From Oscillospiraceae bacterium (lineage in GTDB: Bacteria > Bacillota > Clostridia > Oscillospirales > Ruminococcaceae), in NCBI GenBank assembly GCA_017399765.1, contig JAFQBH010000014.1, positions 3,162-67,161 of the forward strand: a DNA stretch of 64,000 nucleotides. The letters run 5' to 3'. Both the position numbers and the translations under genes were made by a program. Every line of letters starts with the position of its first letter. Positions within the stretch are counted from its first letter, which is position 1. The notes beneath the pieces are model-generated. The model ran no database searches and was not told the origin of the DNA. It saw only the letters and a list, made by a program, of their open reading frames with translations. Of this stretch, positions 10,006 to 18,115 are shown in pieces.

Positions 10006-11649
10006 TTATTCTTCATCATCGAAACCGGTGATTCCGGAAGAAGTGTGCTGTACAGAAACACGTCTTTCACTTACACGGGAATCTTTCTGATTGTTGCGGT
10101 TTATAAGGAAAAGAACCACCAGAATTGCCACAACAAGAACCACAGCAGCGATTACGATCCATACCCATACGGGGATTCCTGCGGAGGCCTTTGCGCTTCC
10201 GACTTCGATCTGAACAAGAAGAACAGGAGAAAGGGAAGCAACATCAATAGATGCAGATTCTGCATCTCTGCTGGAAACAAGTTTTACTTCAACAACGGTG
10301 CTTTCAGAGGCTTTGTATGCGAAAGAAGAAAGGCCGGTTACATCTTTGATAACAAGGCGGTAAACGCCGTCTTCTTCAACAAGTTCAATGTTTGCAACAG
10401 CGGATTTAAAATCGGTTTCCGGAGTGTAAAGATAGGTGTTTTCGCCGTCGGTCATATAATAATCACCGTCAAATTTTCCGATGTTAACAGTATGTACCAT
10501 TGCAAGAACATAGCTGTCATAATTGGATTCTGCGTTCGCCTGAGTTCCGTTAAGGTTGAATTTTACAGTTCCCATGGAAGAACCTTCGTAGGCTTTTCCC
10601 GCTGCAAGAAGAGAAAGGTCAAAAGCCGCAAGTGCATCGCCGTCTGCAATAAACTTTTCTGCCGCATCATCGGTAACGCTGTAACTGTCGATGGGAATGA
10701 TATTAAGGGTGGGGTTTTCGCCGATATCTTCCTGGAGGACAAATTCGATTTTGGTTACCGGAATGTCGCCGTCGATGCTGAAAGCAAGGGTTACGGGTTC
10801 AAACACATCCGGTACGGTTTCCTCTACTACGGAAGAACTGCTTTCGGAAGATTCCGGAACAGAACTTTCTTCGCTGGAAGAAACCGAGCTTGAAGGTGCG
10901 GAACTTGAAACCGGTTTAGAGGAAGAAGCAGAACTTGAGGGAGCGCTGGAAGAAGGTGCGCTGCTGGAAGAACTGGAGCTGGAAGAGCTGGAGGAACTCG
11001 AGCTGGAGGAAGAACTGGAACTTGAAGAAGAATTGGAGGAAGAATTTCCGTCGATTATTTCAATTCCTGCGCTTTCCCATGTTGCAGTAAAGGAAACATC
11101 TCTGTTCGGAGCTTTTACATCAGTTCCTGCGGGATATACGTCATCGCCATATTCCCAACCGTCAAATTTGAAATTTTTATACTCAAAGGGGCAGGAAATA
11201 AGAGTAAAGTTTTCGTCATAATCATAAGTTTTTACAACTTTGCTTCCTTCCGCATCACCCGGATAGTAAGTTACCTTATAAGTTTCTTTATCGGAAGAGG
11301 AAGAGCTGTCGGAAGAACCTTCTTTTTTCCACTGTGCGGTTGCGGTATAATCTTCCCCGCCTTCTAACGAATCGCCTGCTTCATAGATGCTTGAACCTAT
11401 TTTCCAGCCGGTAAATTCATAACCTTTTTTCTTGAATCCAAGAGAGCTTGCTGATTTAAGGATGACTTCATCGTCATCATCATAAAACTTATCGGTATGG
11501 GAAGTACCGGAAGCCCCTGAACCGGGTTTATAGGTTATGGTGAAAGCCGGAACCTCTTCAAGGCTTAAAGCAAATGCTTCTGTTCCCATAAAAGGAACCG
11601 CAGTCATTACAAGAACGATTGCAAGAAAAATTGAAAAAATACGTTTCAA
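10006..11649 (-). CDS. Type I membrane-anchored surface protein: signal peptide, Listeria-Bacteroides (Flg_new-like) repeats, Ser-rich stalk, C-terminal TM
   Basis: Signal peptide MKRIFSIFLAIVLVMTAVPFMGTEAFA. Repeats GYEFTGWKIGSSIYEAGD and FKFDGWEYGDDVYPAGTD. Long poly-Ser tract. C-terminal TM GIPVWVWIVIAAVVLVVAILVVLFLI with no LPXTG. Confidence 0.8.
   Translation of the reverse strand: MKRIFSIFLAIVLVMTAVPFMGTEAFALSLEEVPAFTITYKPGSGASGTSHTDKFYDDDDEVILKSASSLGFKKKGYEFTGWKIGSSIYEAGDSLEGGEDYTATAQWKKEGSSDSSSSSDKETYKVTYYPGDAEGSKVVKTYDYDENFTLISCPFEYKNFKFDGWEYGDDVYPAGTDVKAPNRDVSFTATWESAGIEIIDGNSSSNSSSSSSSSSSSSSSSSSSSSSSSSAPSSSAPSSSASSSKPVSSSAPSSSVSSSEESSVPESSESSSSVVEETVPDVFEPVTLAFSIDGDIPVTKIEFVLQEDIGENPTLNIIPIDSYSVTDDAAEKFIADGDALAAFDLSLLAAGKAYEGSSMGTVKFNLNGTQANAESNYDSYVLAMVHTVNIGKFDGDYYMTDGENTYLYTPETDFKSAVANIELVEEDGVYRLVIKDVTGLSSFAYKASESTVVEVKLVSSRDAESASIDVASLSPVLLVQIEVGSAKASAGIPVWVWIVIAAVVLVVAILVVLFLINRNNQKDSRVSERRVSVQHTSSGITGFDDEE
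10845..11043 (-). repeat. Low-complexity Ser-rich coding tract
   Basis: About 65 codons are almost all Ser (with Ala/Pro/Glu), using all six Ser codons. The antisense frame gives the spurious ELE-rich ORF 10691-11221. Confidence 0.85.
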
Positions 11650-11777
11650 AATGCGAAACCTCCTTTAATCTTTTAAAAAAGATAAAATTTCTACATATAT
11701 GAGTATAGCACAAGCTATACGTTTTGTCATGCATTTTCATAATTATTTCCGTAATATGGCAATTTGGAATAAAACAC

Positions 11778-11806
11778 TTGTAAAGCTTGATTTATTTTGT
11801 TATAAT
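11778..11806 (+). promoter_or_regulatory. Sigma-A promoter for tRNA-Leu
   Basis: TTGTAA-17 nt-TATAAT, about 16 nt upstream of the tRNA 5' end. Confidence 0.6.
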
Positions 11807-11822
11807 TGCTTTATGTGAAAAT

Positions 11823-11907
11823 GCCGCCGTGGTGGAATGGCAGACACAAGGGACTTAAAATCCCTCGCCTTTAAAGCGTACGAGTTCGAGTCTCGTTGGC
11901 GGCACCA
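11823..11907 (+). tRNA. tRNA-Leu (anticodon UAA), class II with long variable arm, CCA encoded
   Basis: Acceptor GCCGCCG/TGGCGGC. Anticodon stem AGGGA/TCCCT with loop CTTAAAA. T-arm ACGAG-TTCGAGT-CTCGT. 3' ACCA. Confidence 0.9.
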
Positions 11908-11908
11908 A

Positions 11909-11949
11909 ACACGAAGTTTTCTTTTTTAAAAGAAGGCTTCGTGTTTTTT
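11909..11949 (+). terminator. Intrinsic terminator after tRNA-Leu
   Basis: AACACGAAG...CTTCGTGTT stem followed by TTTTTT. Confidence 0.75.
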
Positions 11950-12026
11950 ATTGCTGTTGAAAAAATTTTTTCGGTATGATAATATTTTAATAAAATCAAA
12001 CATTTTTTCTGAAAGGAGTTTTATAT

Positions 12027-12485
12027 ATGCTTGAAAAAGGAACAAAAGCACCGGATTTTACCCTTTTCGACAAAGACGGAAACGAAGTTTCCCTTTCCGA
12101 TTTTTCCGGTAAAAAAATCGTGCTTTATTTTTATCCAAAGGACAATACCCCCGGCTGCACCCGCCAGGCCTGCGCCTTTGCGGAATCTTTTGAAAAATTC
12201 AAAGAACTCGATGCTGCCGTAATCGGAATAAGCAAAGATTCGGTTTCTTCCCACGTTAAATTTGCGGAAAAATATTCTCTTCCGTTTGTTCTGCTTTCCG
12301 ACCCGGAACACAAAGTTATCGAAGCTTTCGGCGCATGGCAGGAAAAGAAAAATTACGGAAAAACTTATTTCGGAACCGTCCGTTCCACTTTCATCATTGA
12401 TGAAAACGGAATAATAGAAAAAGTTATGCCGAAAGTAAAACCGGATACCAACGCCGCCGAAATTCTTGAATATCTTGAAAAATAA
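12027..12485 (+). CDS. bcp: Thioredoxin-dependent peroxiredoxin (Bcp type)
   Basis: APDFTL..G..VSLSDF.GKKIVLYFYPKDNTPGCTRQAC is the Bcp/PrxQ active-site motif. Length 152 aa. Confidence 0.9.
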   Translation: MLEKGTKAPDFTLFDKDGNEVSLSDFSGKKIVLYFYPKDNTPGCTRQACAFAESFEKFKELDAAVIGISKDSVSSHVKFAEKYSLPFVLLSDPEHKVIEAFGAWQEKKNYGKTYFGTVRSTFIIDENGIIEKVMPKVKPDTNAAEILEYLEK

Positions 12486-12512
12486 AAAAAGAGCCCGAGG
12501 GGCTCTTTTTTT
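12486..12512 (+). terminator. Intrinsic terminator after bcp
   Basis: AAAAAGAGCCC-GAG-GGGCTCTTTTTTT. Confidence 0.8.
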
Positions 12513-12513
12513 G

Positions 12514-12542
12514 TTGACAATTCATATTCTGAAAACTATAAT
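12514..12542 (+). promoter_or_regulatory. Consensus sigma-A promoter of the csoR-like operon
   Basis: TTGACA-17 nt-TATAAT, a perfect match to both hexamers. Confidence 0.7.
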
Positions 12543-12547
12543 TAAAA

Positions 12548-12564
12548 ATACCCCCCCGGGGTAT
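12548..12564. promoter_or_regulatory. CsoR-type operator (GC-tract inverted repeat)
   Basis: ATACCCC-CCC-GGGGTAT lies 6 nt downstream of the -10 hexamer. It matches the TACCC..GGGTA style of CsoR-family operators. Confidence 0.6.
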
Positions 12565-12581
12565 TTTTAATTAACCAGGAG

Positions 12582-12854
12582 ATGCAAATTTTGAGTGAAC
12601 ACAAACACACCAAAGCCGTAATAAACAGGCTTGCCCGTTCCGCGGGTCATCTTTCCGCTGTCAAAAAAATGGTTGAAGAAGGGAGAGATTGCAGCGAGGT
12701 ACTTATCCAGCTTTCCGCAGTTAAAGCGGAAATTGCCGCCGCAGAAAAGGTTATCCTTAAAGATCATCTTGAACACTGCGTTGCGGACGCAGTTCTTGAA
12801 AACGATGAGGAAACCATTAAAAGACTCATGTCTGCAATTGATAAAATAATATGA
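12582..12854 (+). CDS. csoR: CsoR/RcnR-family metal-sensing repressor (x-C-H-C fingerprint)
   Basis: The Cys in RDCSEV has His at +25 and Cys at +29 (DHLEHC), matching the Cu(I)-CsoR ligand spacing. The in-frame TTG at 12591 has better RBS spacing than the ATG at 12582. Confidence 0.8.
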   Translation: MQILSEHKHTKAVINRLARSAGHLSAVKKMVEEGRDCSEVLIQLSAVKAEIAAAEKVILKDHLEHCVADAVLENDEETIKRLMSAIDKII

Positions 12855-13750
12855 AAAACGATTCTGTAAAAAAGGGAATTTTCTTTGCCCTTCTTTCCGC
12901 TTTGCTTTATGCGTTAAGCGTTCCTTTTTCGAAGGTTTTGCTCGAATTTGTTCCTTCAACAATGATGGCCGGGCTTCTTTATATCGGTGCCGGTCTCGGA
13001 ATGGGCGTTGTGGCAATTTTCAGAAAAGGTACAGGTAACTTTTCTTCGGAAGAAAAGTTTACAAAATCGGATCTTCCCTATGTTTTCGGAATGATCATAC
13101 TTGATATTGCCGCACCCATAAGCCTTATGTTCGGCCTTGATATAACTTCCGCGGCAAACGCTTCTCTGCTAAACAATTTTGAATATGCCGCAACGGCTCT
13201 TATCGCATTTTTCATCTTCAGAGAAAAAATAAGCCCAAGGCTGTGGTTTGGAATATGCCTCACCTGTTTTTCCTGCGTACTTCTTTCTGTGGAAGATTTT
13301 TCCGCATTCCGTTTTTCCGCAGGTTCGGCTCTTGTTCTTCTTTCCGCGGTACTTTGGGGAATTGAAAACAACTGCACCGGCGCCCTTTCAAAAAAAGATC
13401 CGCTGATAATCGTTGTCCTTAAAGGGATTTTTTGCGGCGGAACAAGTTTTGTTCTTGCACTTTTCCTTGGCGAAAAGCCGGAAAATCTTTTGAGTATCGC
13501 CGCCGTGCTCGTTCTCGGGCTTTTTTCCTATGGCCTCAGCATCTTTGTTTTTGTGTATTCGCAAAGGTTTCTCGGCGCCGCAAGGACAAGCGTTTATTCC
13601 GCCCTTACTCCGTTTTTCGGAACGGCTCTTTCTCTGATTATCTTCCGCGAAAAGCCGGAAGCAAAATATTTTATCGCCCTTGCTTTTATGGTAATAAGCT
13701 CCTGGCTTTCCTCTTCCGACAAACCGCTTTTCAAAAAAACAAAAGATTAA
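12851..13750 (+). CDS. DMT superfamily (EamA-like) transporter
   Basis: 299 aa with about 10 TM helices as two EamA-type halves. ATGA overlap with the csoR stop. Confidence 0.8.
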   Translation: MKNDSVKKGIFFALLSALLYALSVPFSKVLLEFVPSTMMAGLLYIGAGLGMGVVAIFRKGTGNFSSEEKFTKSDLPYVFGMIILDIAAPISLMFGLDITSAANASLLNNFEYAATALIAFFIFREKISPRLWFGICLTCFSCVLLSVEDFSAFRFSAGSALVLLSAVLWGIENNCTGALSKKDPLIIVVLKGIFCGGTSFVLALFLGEKPENLLSIAAVLVLGLFSYGLSIFVFVYSQRFLGAARTSVYSALTPFFGTALSLIIFREKPEAKYFIALAFMVISSWLSSSDKPLFKKTKD

Positions 13751-13778
13751 AAAAAGCACCGCTTTGCGGTGCTTTTTT
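13749..13778. terminator. Bidirectional intrinsic terminator
   Basis: AAAAAGCACCGC-TTT-GCGGTGCTTTTTT. Confidence 0.85.
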
Positions 13779-13783
13779 ATCTT

Positions 13784-14278
13784 TTAATATCCAAGAGTAT
13801 CATCGAGCGAATCGTCGTTATAGATCCAATCATCAACGCTTACTATGCGGAAGTTTTTTCGGTCATCGCGGATAACAACGTTTTTTATTCCCGCATTTAT
13901 GACCATTCTTTTGCACATACTGCAGCAGCTTCCGTTTTTTACGTAATCTCCGGTTTCACATTCTTTTCCGACAAGATAAAGCGTTGAACCTATCATATTT
14001 TCCCTTGCTGCGCTTATGATCGCGTTTGCTTCCGCATGGACGCTTCTGCAAAGTTCATATCTTTCGCCCCGGGGAACGTTAAGTTTTTCCCTTCTGCACC
14101 AACCGAGATCGCTGCAGTTTTTTCTTCCTCTCGGTGCTCCGGCATATCCGGTCGAAATGATCTGGTCGTTTTTAACGATTATTGCGCCGTATTTTCTTCT
14201 AAGGCAGGTTCCGCGTTCAAGAACGCTTTCCGCAATATCGAGATAATAATTATGTTTATCGCGTCTTTCTTCCGCCAT
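13784..14278 (-). CDS. Deoxycytidylate (dCMP) deaminase, ComEB-like
   Basis: Zinc motifs HAEANAI and CSMCKRMV (PCxxC type). Length 164 aa. Confidence 0.85.
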   Translation of the reverse strand: MAEERRDKHNYYLDIAESVLERGTCLRRKYGAIIVKNDQIISTGYAGAPRGRKNCSDLGWCRREKLNVPRGERYELCRSVHAEANAIISAARENMIGSTLYLVGKECETGDYVKNGSCCSMCKRMVINAGIKNVVIRDDRKNFRIVSVDDWIYNDDSLDDTLGY

Positions 14279-14292
14279 TTTTTATTCCCCCA

Positions 14293-15153
14293 TTATTCGG
14301 CGATTTCCGCCGGTGCGTTTTTACGGACGGATTCGATTCCGTTTTCACAAGCGGCTTTTGTTTTATATCCTTCGGAAGCAAGGATTATTTCACCGTTGCG
14401 GGCCTTAAGGCGGAAGCGGAATTCGCCTGCTTTGTCGTTATAGATTTCGAATTTCGGGCAGGTTGCCGGAACAACCGGTTCTGCTGTCTGGTCTTCAATG
14501 TTTGCGATCGGGGCATTCTTTCTTACGGATTCAATTCCTTTTTCCATTGCGGCGCGGCCGGAATAAACTTCGGAAACACCGATAATCTGATTATTTCCGG
14601 CAGCAAGGCGGAAGCTGATTCCGCTTTTGGTTTCTTTTACTATATATTTTCCGCTGCAAACAGGTTCTTCTTCTGCGGGTTCTTCTTCAGCTGTTTCTTC
14701 GGGTTCTTTCTCTTCTGCTTCATCTTTAAGAAGTCCGGAATAAACCGCTTTGAAAAATTCAGCGGCTTCTTCCGCTTTTTCTTCGTCCGGTTCTTCCATC
14801 TCTTCGCAGGCTGCGGCGGTTATTTTGGAAACATATTTGAAAACATCTTCGTCAAAATCTTCTTCGGAAGCGAGAGGTGCAATTTTGCTATAAACGATTT
14901 CGAAGAATTTTGCGGCGGTTTTTCCGCAGAGATCTTCCATTTCTTCGCATGCGGCAGCGGTTATTTTTCCGGCCGCTTTAAAAGCATCTTTAACGCAGTT
15001 TTCGTCTTCTTTTATCGGAAGAATTGCGCCATAAACGGTTTTAAGAAAATCAACGGTTTTTTCTGCGTTTTCAATGCCTAATTTTCCGCTTTCGGAAAGA
15101 GTTGCCGCGGTGATTTTTGCCGCGGTTTTAAGTACCTTTTTATTATATTCCAT
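14293..15153 (-). CDS. Protein with three N-terminal ~45-aa repeats, an acidic linker and two C-terminal YegP (DUF1508) domains
   Basis: C-terminal repeats ...FRLAAGNNQIIGVSEVYSGRAAMEKGIESVRKNAP and ...FRFRLKARNGEIILASEGYKTKAACENGIESVRKNAP. N-terminal repeats are built on KITAAxxEEME...FFxxVYS. Confidence 0.7.
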   Translation of the reverse strand: MEYNKKVLKTAAKITAATLSESGKLGIENAEKTVDFLKTVYGAILPIKEDENCVKDAFKAAGKITAAACEEMEDLCGKTAAKFFEIVYSKIAPLASEEDFDEDVFKYVSKITAAACEEMEEPDEEKAEEAAEFFKAVYSGLLKDEAEEKEPEETAEEEPAEEEPVCSGKYIVKETKSGISFRLAAGNNQIIGVSEVYSGRAAMEKGIESVRKNAPIANIEDQTAEPVVPATCPKFEIYNDKAGEFRFRLKARNGEIILASEGYKTKAACENGIESVRKNAPAEIAE

Positions 15154-15236
15154 TCAAAAAACCTCCCTGATAAAATTACTATAAAATAATTATATCCTTT
15201 TACACAAAATATGTAAAGATTTTGTTTTTTCATTCA

Positions 15237-15267
15237 GCAAAAAAGCCCGCTTTTAAGCGGGCTTTTT
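15237..15267 (-). terminator. Intrinsic terminator after rsmI
   Basis: GCCCGC-TTTTAA-GCGGGC flanked by A/T runs. Confidence 0.8.
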
Positions 15268-15273
15268 AAAATT

Positions 15274-16107
15274 TTATTCTTCATTTTCGATAAGGCGTTT
15301 ATAAACTTCGCCCTTGGTCTGTCCGGTAAGTTTTGCGGCTTCCTTTGCGGCCATGGAAGCGGGTTTTCCTTTTTCCATAAGTTCCTTTGCAATGGAAATT
15401 GCTTCCTCCATCGGGTCGCGCATTTCTTCTTTTTCAACCTGTTCCCCTTCAAGAACAAGAACATATTCGCCCTTGGGCGGGTTTTCGGTATGATATTTCA
15501 CCGCTTCGGAAAGGGTTCCTCTCCAGGAAGTTTCGTGGATTTTTGTAAGTTCCTTTACGACAACAATGTTTCTTTCGCCGAAAACGGAATTCATATCTTT
15601 AAGAGTGCTGAGAAGTTTATGGGGCGCTTCATAAAAAACCATCGTTCTTCTTTCGTGGCGAAGTTCCATAAGGTGCTCCATTCTGGAAGTGCGTTTTACG
15701 CTGAGAAAACCTTCGAAAGTCCAGCGGGAAACCGAAAGCCCGGAAACAGCAAGGGCGGAAACCACCGCGGAAGGTCCGGGAACAACTTCAACTTTTACGT
15801 CAGCTTTTATGCAAAGCTTAACAAGAGTTTCGCCAGGGTCGCTTATGCAGGGCATTCCCGCATCGGTAACGATCGCGCAGCTTTCGCCGTTCTGAAGGCG
15901 GGAAACGATTATATCCCCCTGCTCAAATTCATTGAATTTCTGATAAATCACCATCGGTTTTTTGATTCCGAAATGGTTGAGGAGTTTTACGGTAACGCGG
16001 GTATCCTCCGCCGCGATAAAATCAACTTTTTCAAGGGTTTCAACCGCTCTCGGCGAAAAATCCCCAAGGTTTCCGATAGGTGTTCCTACTACATAAAGAG
16101 TTCCCAT
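15274..16107 (-). CDS. rsmI: 16S rRNA (cytidine1402-2'-O)-methyltransferase
   Basis: N-terminus GTLYVVGTPIGNLGDFSPRAVETLEKVDFIAAEDTR is typical of RsmI (tetrapyrrole-methylase fold). Length 277 aa. Confidence 0.9.
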   Translation of the reverse strand: MGTLYVVGTPIGNLGDFSPRAVETLEKVDFIAAEDTRVTVKLLNHFGIKKPMVIYQKFNEFEQGDIIVSRLQNGESCAIVTDAGMPCISDPGETLVKLCIKADVKVEVVPGPSAVVSALAVSGLSVSRWTFEGFLSVKRTSRMEHLMELRHERRTMVFYEAPHKLLSTLKDMNSVFGERNIVVVKELTKIHETSWRGTLSEAVKYHTENPPKGEYVLVLEGEQVEKEEMRDPMEEAISIAKELMEKGKPASMAAKEAAKLTGQTKGEVYKRLIENEE

Positions 16108-16113
16108 AATCTT

Positions 16114-16773
16114 TTATCTTCCGTTCTGAATATAGTTTATTTTAAGTCCGGCATGGCCGCCTTTTTTGCCTTCAATAAGGATAAGCCAGGGTTCCGCGGA
16201 ATCCGTCGCGTTGTTGACAAAAGTAAGACGCTTAGGTTCGATTTTGTTTTTCCGCATTTCAAAAATAACGTCCGCAAGTCTTTCGGGCCTGTGGCACATA
16301 CAGAACCTTCCGCCATATTTAAGGAGCTTTCCCGCAACTTTTGTAACCTGGGCAAGGGTACAGCCGCTTTCGCGCCTTGCAAGATCACGGGATTCCCTTC
16401 CGTTTTCCTTTCCGGAACCGGCAACAAAATAAGGCGGATTAACGGTTATAAGGCTGAAGCTTTCCGCAGGCCAGTCCAGTTCGTTAAGATCCGCAAGAAC
16501 CGGGAAAAATCTGTCCTGAATATTGTTTTTTTCCGCGGTCCATTTACAAAGTTCAATGGCCCCGGGCTGGATATCAACGGCCGTGACTCTTCCTTTAAAA
16601 CCGTTTGCCATCATCATAACCGGAACAACTCCGCAGCCTGTGCAAAGGTCAAGCACCACGTCTTTGAATTTCGGCCTTGCAAATTCCGCAAGCAAAAGAG
16701 CATCGCCGCCGAAACCATATTCTTTTGTCGTGGCCATATCAAGGCCGTAAAAATCGTTTACGATTATATCCAT
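16114..16773 (-). CDS. Class I SAM-dependent methyltransferase (YabB/TrmN6-like, NPPY motif)
   Basis: SAM motif VLDLCTGCG and catalytic TVNPPYF. Conserved position next to rsmI, as in Bacillus yabB-yabC. Confidence 0.8.
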   Translation of the reverse strand: MDIIVNDFYGLDMATTKEYGFGGDALLLAEFARPKFKDVVLDLCTGCGVVPVMMMANGFKGRVTAVDIQPGAIELCKWTAEKNNIQDRFFPVLADLNELDWPAESFSLITVNPPYFVAGSGKENGRESRDLARRESGCTLAQVTKVAGKLLKYGGRFCMCHRPERLADVIFEMRKNKIEPKRLTFVNNATDSAEPWLILIEGKKGGHAGLKINYIQNGR

Positions 16774-16793
16774 AAAAAACCTCTTGCAAAATA

Positions 16794-16822
16794 TAAAAAG
16801 CGGGAAGGGATTTCCCTTCCCG
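16794..16822 (-). terminator. Intrinsic terminator after ferredoxin 1
   Basis: CGGGAAGGGA-TT-TCCCTTCCCG plus a T-run on the minus strand. Confidence 0.75.
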
Positions 16823-16827
16823 AAAAA

Positions 16828-17007
16828 TCATTTTTTCTCTTTTTTAATGGGCGCGCCGACGGGACAGACCTTTGCGCATTTTCCGCATTCAATACATCTT
16901 CTCGGAATTACCGCATACTGTCCGCAGCTTGGATAGATTGCTTCCTTCGGACATTCCTTTTCGCATTTTCCGCATTCGATGCAGGCGCTTGTGATAACAT
17001 ATGCCAT
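16828..17007 (-). CDS. 2x[4Fe-4S] ferredoxin (59 aa; below the ORF-track cutoff)
   Basis: Hand translation: MAYVITSACIECGKCEKECPKEAIYPSCGQYAVIPRRCIECGKCAKVCPVGAPIKKEKK. Two CxxCxxCxxxCP motifs. RBS AAGGGGG. Confidence 0.85.
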   Translation of the reverse strand: MAYVITSACIECGKCEKECPKEAIYPSCGQYAVIPRRCIECGKCAKVCPVGAPIKKEKK

Positions 17008-17040
17008 AAGCTTTCGGCCGCCCCCTTTCGTTATATTTTA

Positions 17041-17068
17041 ATTTTATCACATATTTTATAAAAATCAA
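17041..17068 (-). promoter_or_regulatory. Promoter of ferredoxin 1
   Basis: Minus strand TTGATT-16 nt-TAAAAT with TGa extended -10. The block is duplicated upstream of ferredoxin 2. Confidence 0.55.
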
Positions 17069-17077
17069 TATTTACAC

Positions 17078-17108
17078 AAAAAAAGAAGGAAGGCCAAAGC
17101 CTTCCTTC
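17078..17108 (-). terminator. Intrinsic terminator after ferredoxin 2
   Basis: GAAGGAAGGC-CAAA-GCCTTCCTTC plus a T-run on the minus strand. Confidence 0.8.
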
Positions 17109-17125
17109 TTCAGTAAATACCTGAA

Positions 17126-17296
17126 TTATGCTTCTTCGGGAGCGCCAACGGGGCATTCTCCTGCGCAGGAACCGCAATCGATGCATTTATCGGGATCGAT
17201 AACGTATTTGCCGTCGCCTTCGGAAATTGCTTCAACAGGGCAAGCATCTGCGCAAGCGCCGCACATGATGCAAGCATCGGAAATTTTGTATGCCAT
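17126..17296 (-). CDS. Clostridial-type 2x[4Fe-4S] ferredoxin (56 aa; below the ORF-track cutoff)
   Basis: Hand translation: MAYKISDACIMCGACADACPVEAISEGDGKYVIDPDKCIDCGSCAGECPVGAPEEA. RBS AAGGAGG. Confidence 0.9.
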   Translation of the reverse strand: MAYKISDACIMCGACADACPVEAISEGDGKYVIDPDKCIDCGSCAGECPVGAPEEA

Positions 17297-17328
17297 AATC
17301 AAAAAACCTCCTTTTAAAAGATATTTTT

Positions 17329-17356
17329 ATTCTATCACATATTTTTAAAAAATCAA
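17329..17356 (-). promoter_or_regulatory. Promoter of ferredoxin 2
   Basis: Minus strand TTGATT-16 nt-TAGAAT, in a block near-identical to the one upstream of ferredoxin 1 (TATCACATATTTT..AAAAATCAATA). Confidence 0.55.
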
Positions 17357-17396
17357 TAGCACTCTTGTTAATATGTTGTATAAATAACAAACAGCG

Positions 17397-18041
17397 TCAG
17401 TTCTTTTCGTTAAAGGAATTTATAATTTCCTGGATCTCATTGAAAAATCTCGAAAGATGAAAACCGTCCGCCACCGCATGATTTATATTCATGGAAAGCG
17501 GCATCATAAGTTTCCCGTTTTCCTCCTCATATTTTCCCCAGGTAACAACCGGCGCAAGGAATTTTCCTTCATCGAAAACATGCATATCAAAATGTTTATA
17601 TTTTATCCAGGGCAGGCAGGAAACATCGAAAAAATTTGCCGGGTGGTTTTTAACGATTGCCCGCTCGTTTTCGTGTTCCTTTCTGTCCTTATCAACTCTT
17701 TTGCAAAATTCAAAAATATCCTCGGAATATTCCGTAAGCATCTTCGTGAAATTTTCGTCTTCTTTATGAAAAACCGTGTACGATGGCGAAACAAAATCCC
17801 ATTTTATAAGTTCGCCCTTTTCGTTCCAGCCGAATTTGAATTCATCGTGGGAATTTATAACCTTTGAAACCGCCCATATCATAAGCGGATAAAAATCCAG
17901 ACCGGTTTTCCCTGAATATTTTTTAAGCGGAGTTACGTCAACTTCCACCGTTAAGCTCAGAACTATCCGCATATAATCCATATAATGACTGAAAAGCTTT
18001 CCTCTGCTCCAGTTTTCAATATCAACAACTTTATAATCCAT
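17397..18041 (-). CDS. Type A chloramphenicol-acetyltransferase-family (CAT-like) acyltransferase
   Basis: Real start is MDYKVVDIENW at 18041, with RBS GGAGGG. The track ORF extends spuriously to 18182 across ferredoxin 3. The catalytic motif NHAVADGFH aligns with CAT HHAVCDGFH. Length 214 aa. Confidence 0.8.
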   Translation of the reverse strand: MDYKVVDIENWSRGKLFSHYMDYMRIVLSLTVEVDVTPLKKYSGKTGLDFYPLMIWAVSKVINSHDEFKFGWNEKGELIKWDFVSPSYTVFHKEDENFTKMLTEYSEDIFEFCKRVDKDRKEHENERAIVKNHPANFFDVSCLPWIKYKHFDMHVFDEGKFLAPVVTWGKYEEENGKLMMPLSMNINHAVADGFHLSRFFNEIQEIINSFNEKN

Positions 18042-18073
18042 TTTGCCCTCCGTTTTTTTAATTAAGCAAAAAC

Positions 18074-18099
18074 AAAAAAAGAACGCCGCTCCGGCGTTC
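18074..18099 (-). terminator. Intrinsic terminator after ferredoxin 3
   Basis: GAACGCCG-CTC-CGGCGTTC plus a T-run on the minus strand. Confidence 0.75.
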
Positions 18100-18115
18100 T
18101 TTTCGGATAAGATTA

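Noticed and set aside
10691-11221. Plus-strand ORF encoding an (ELE)n acidic repeat protein.
   Set aside because: It is the reverse complement of the poly-Ser tract of the well-supported minus-strand surface protein. It is an artefact of Ser codons read backwards.
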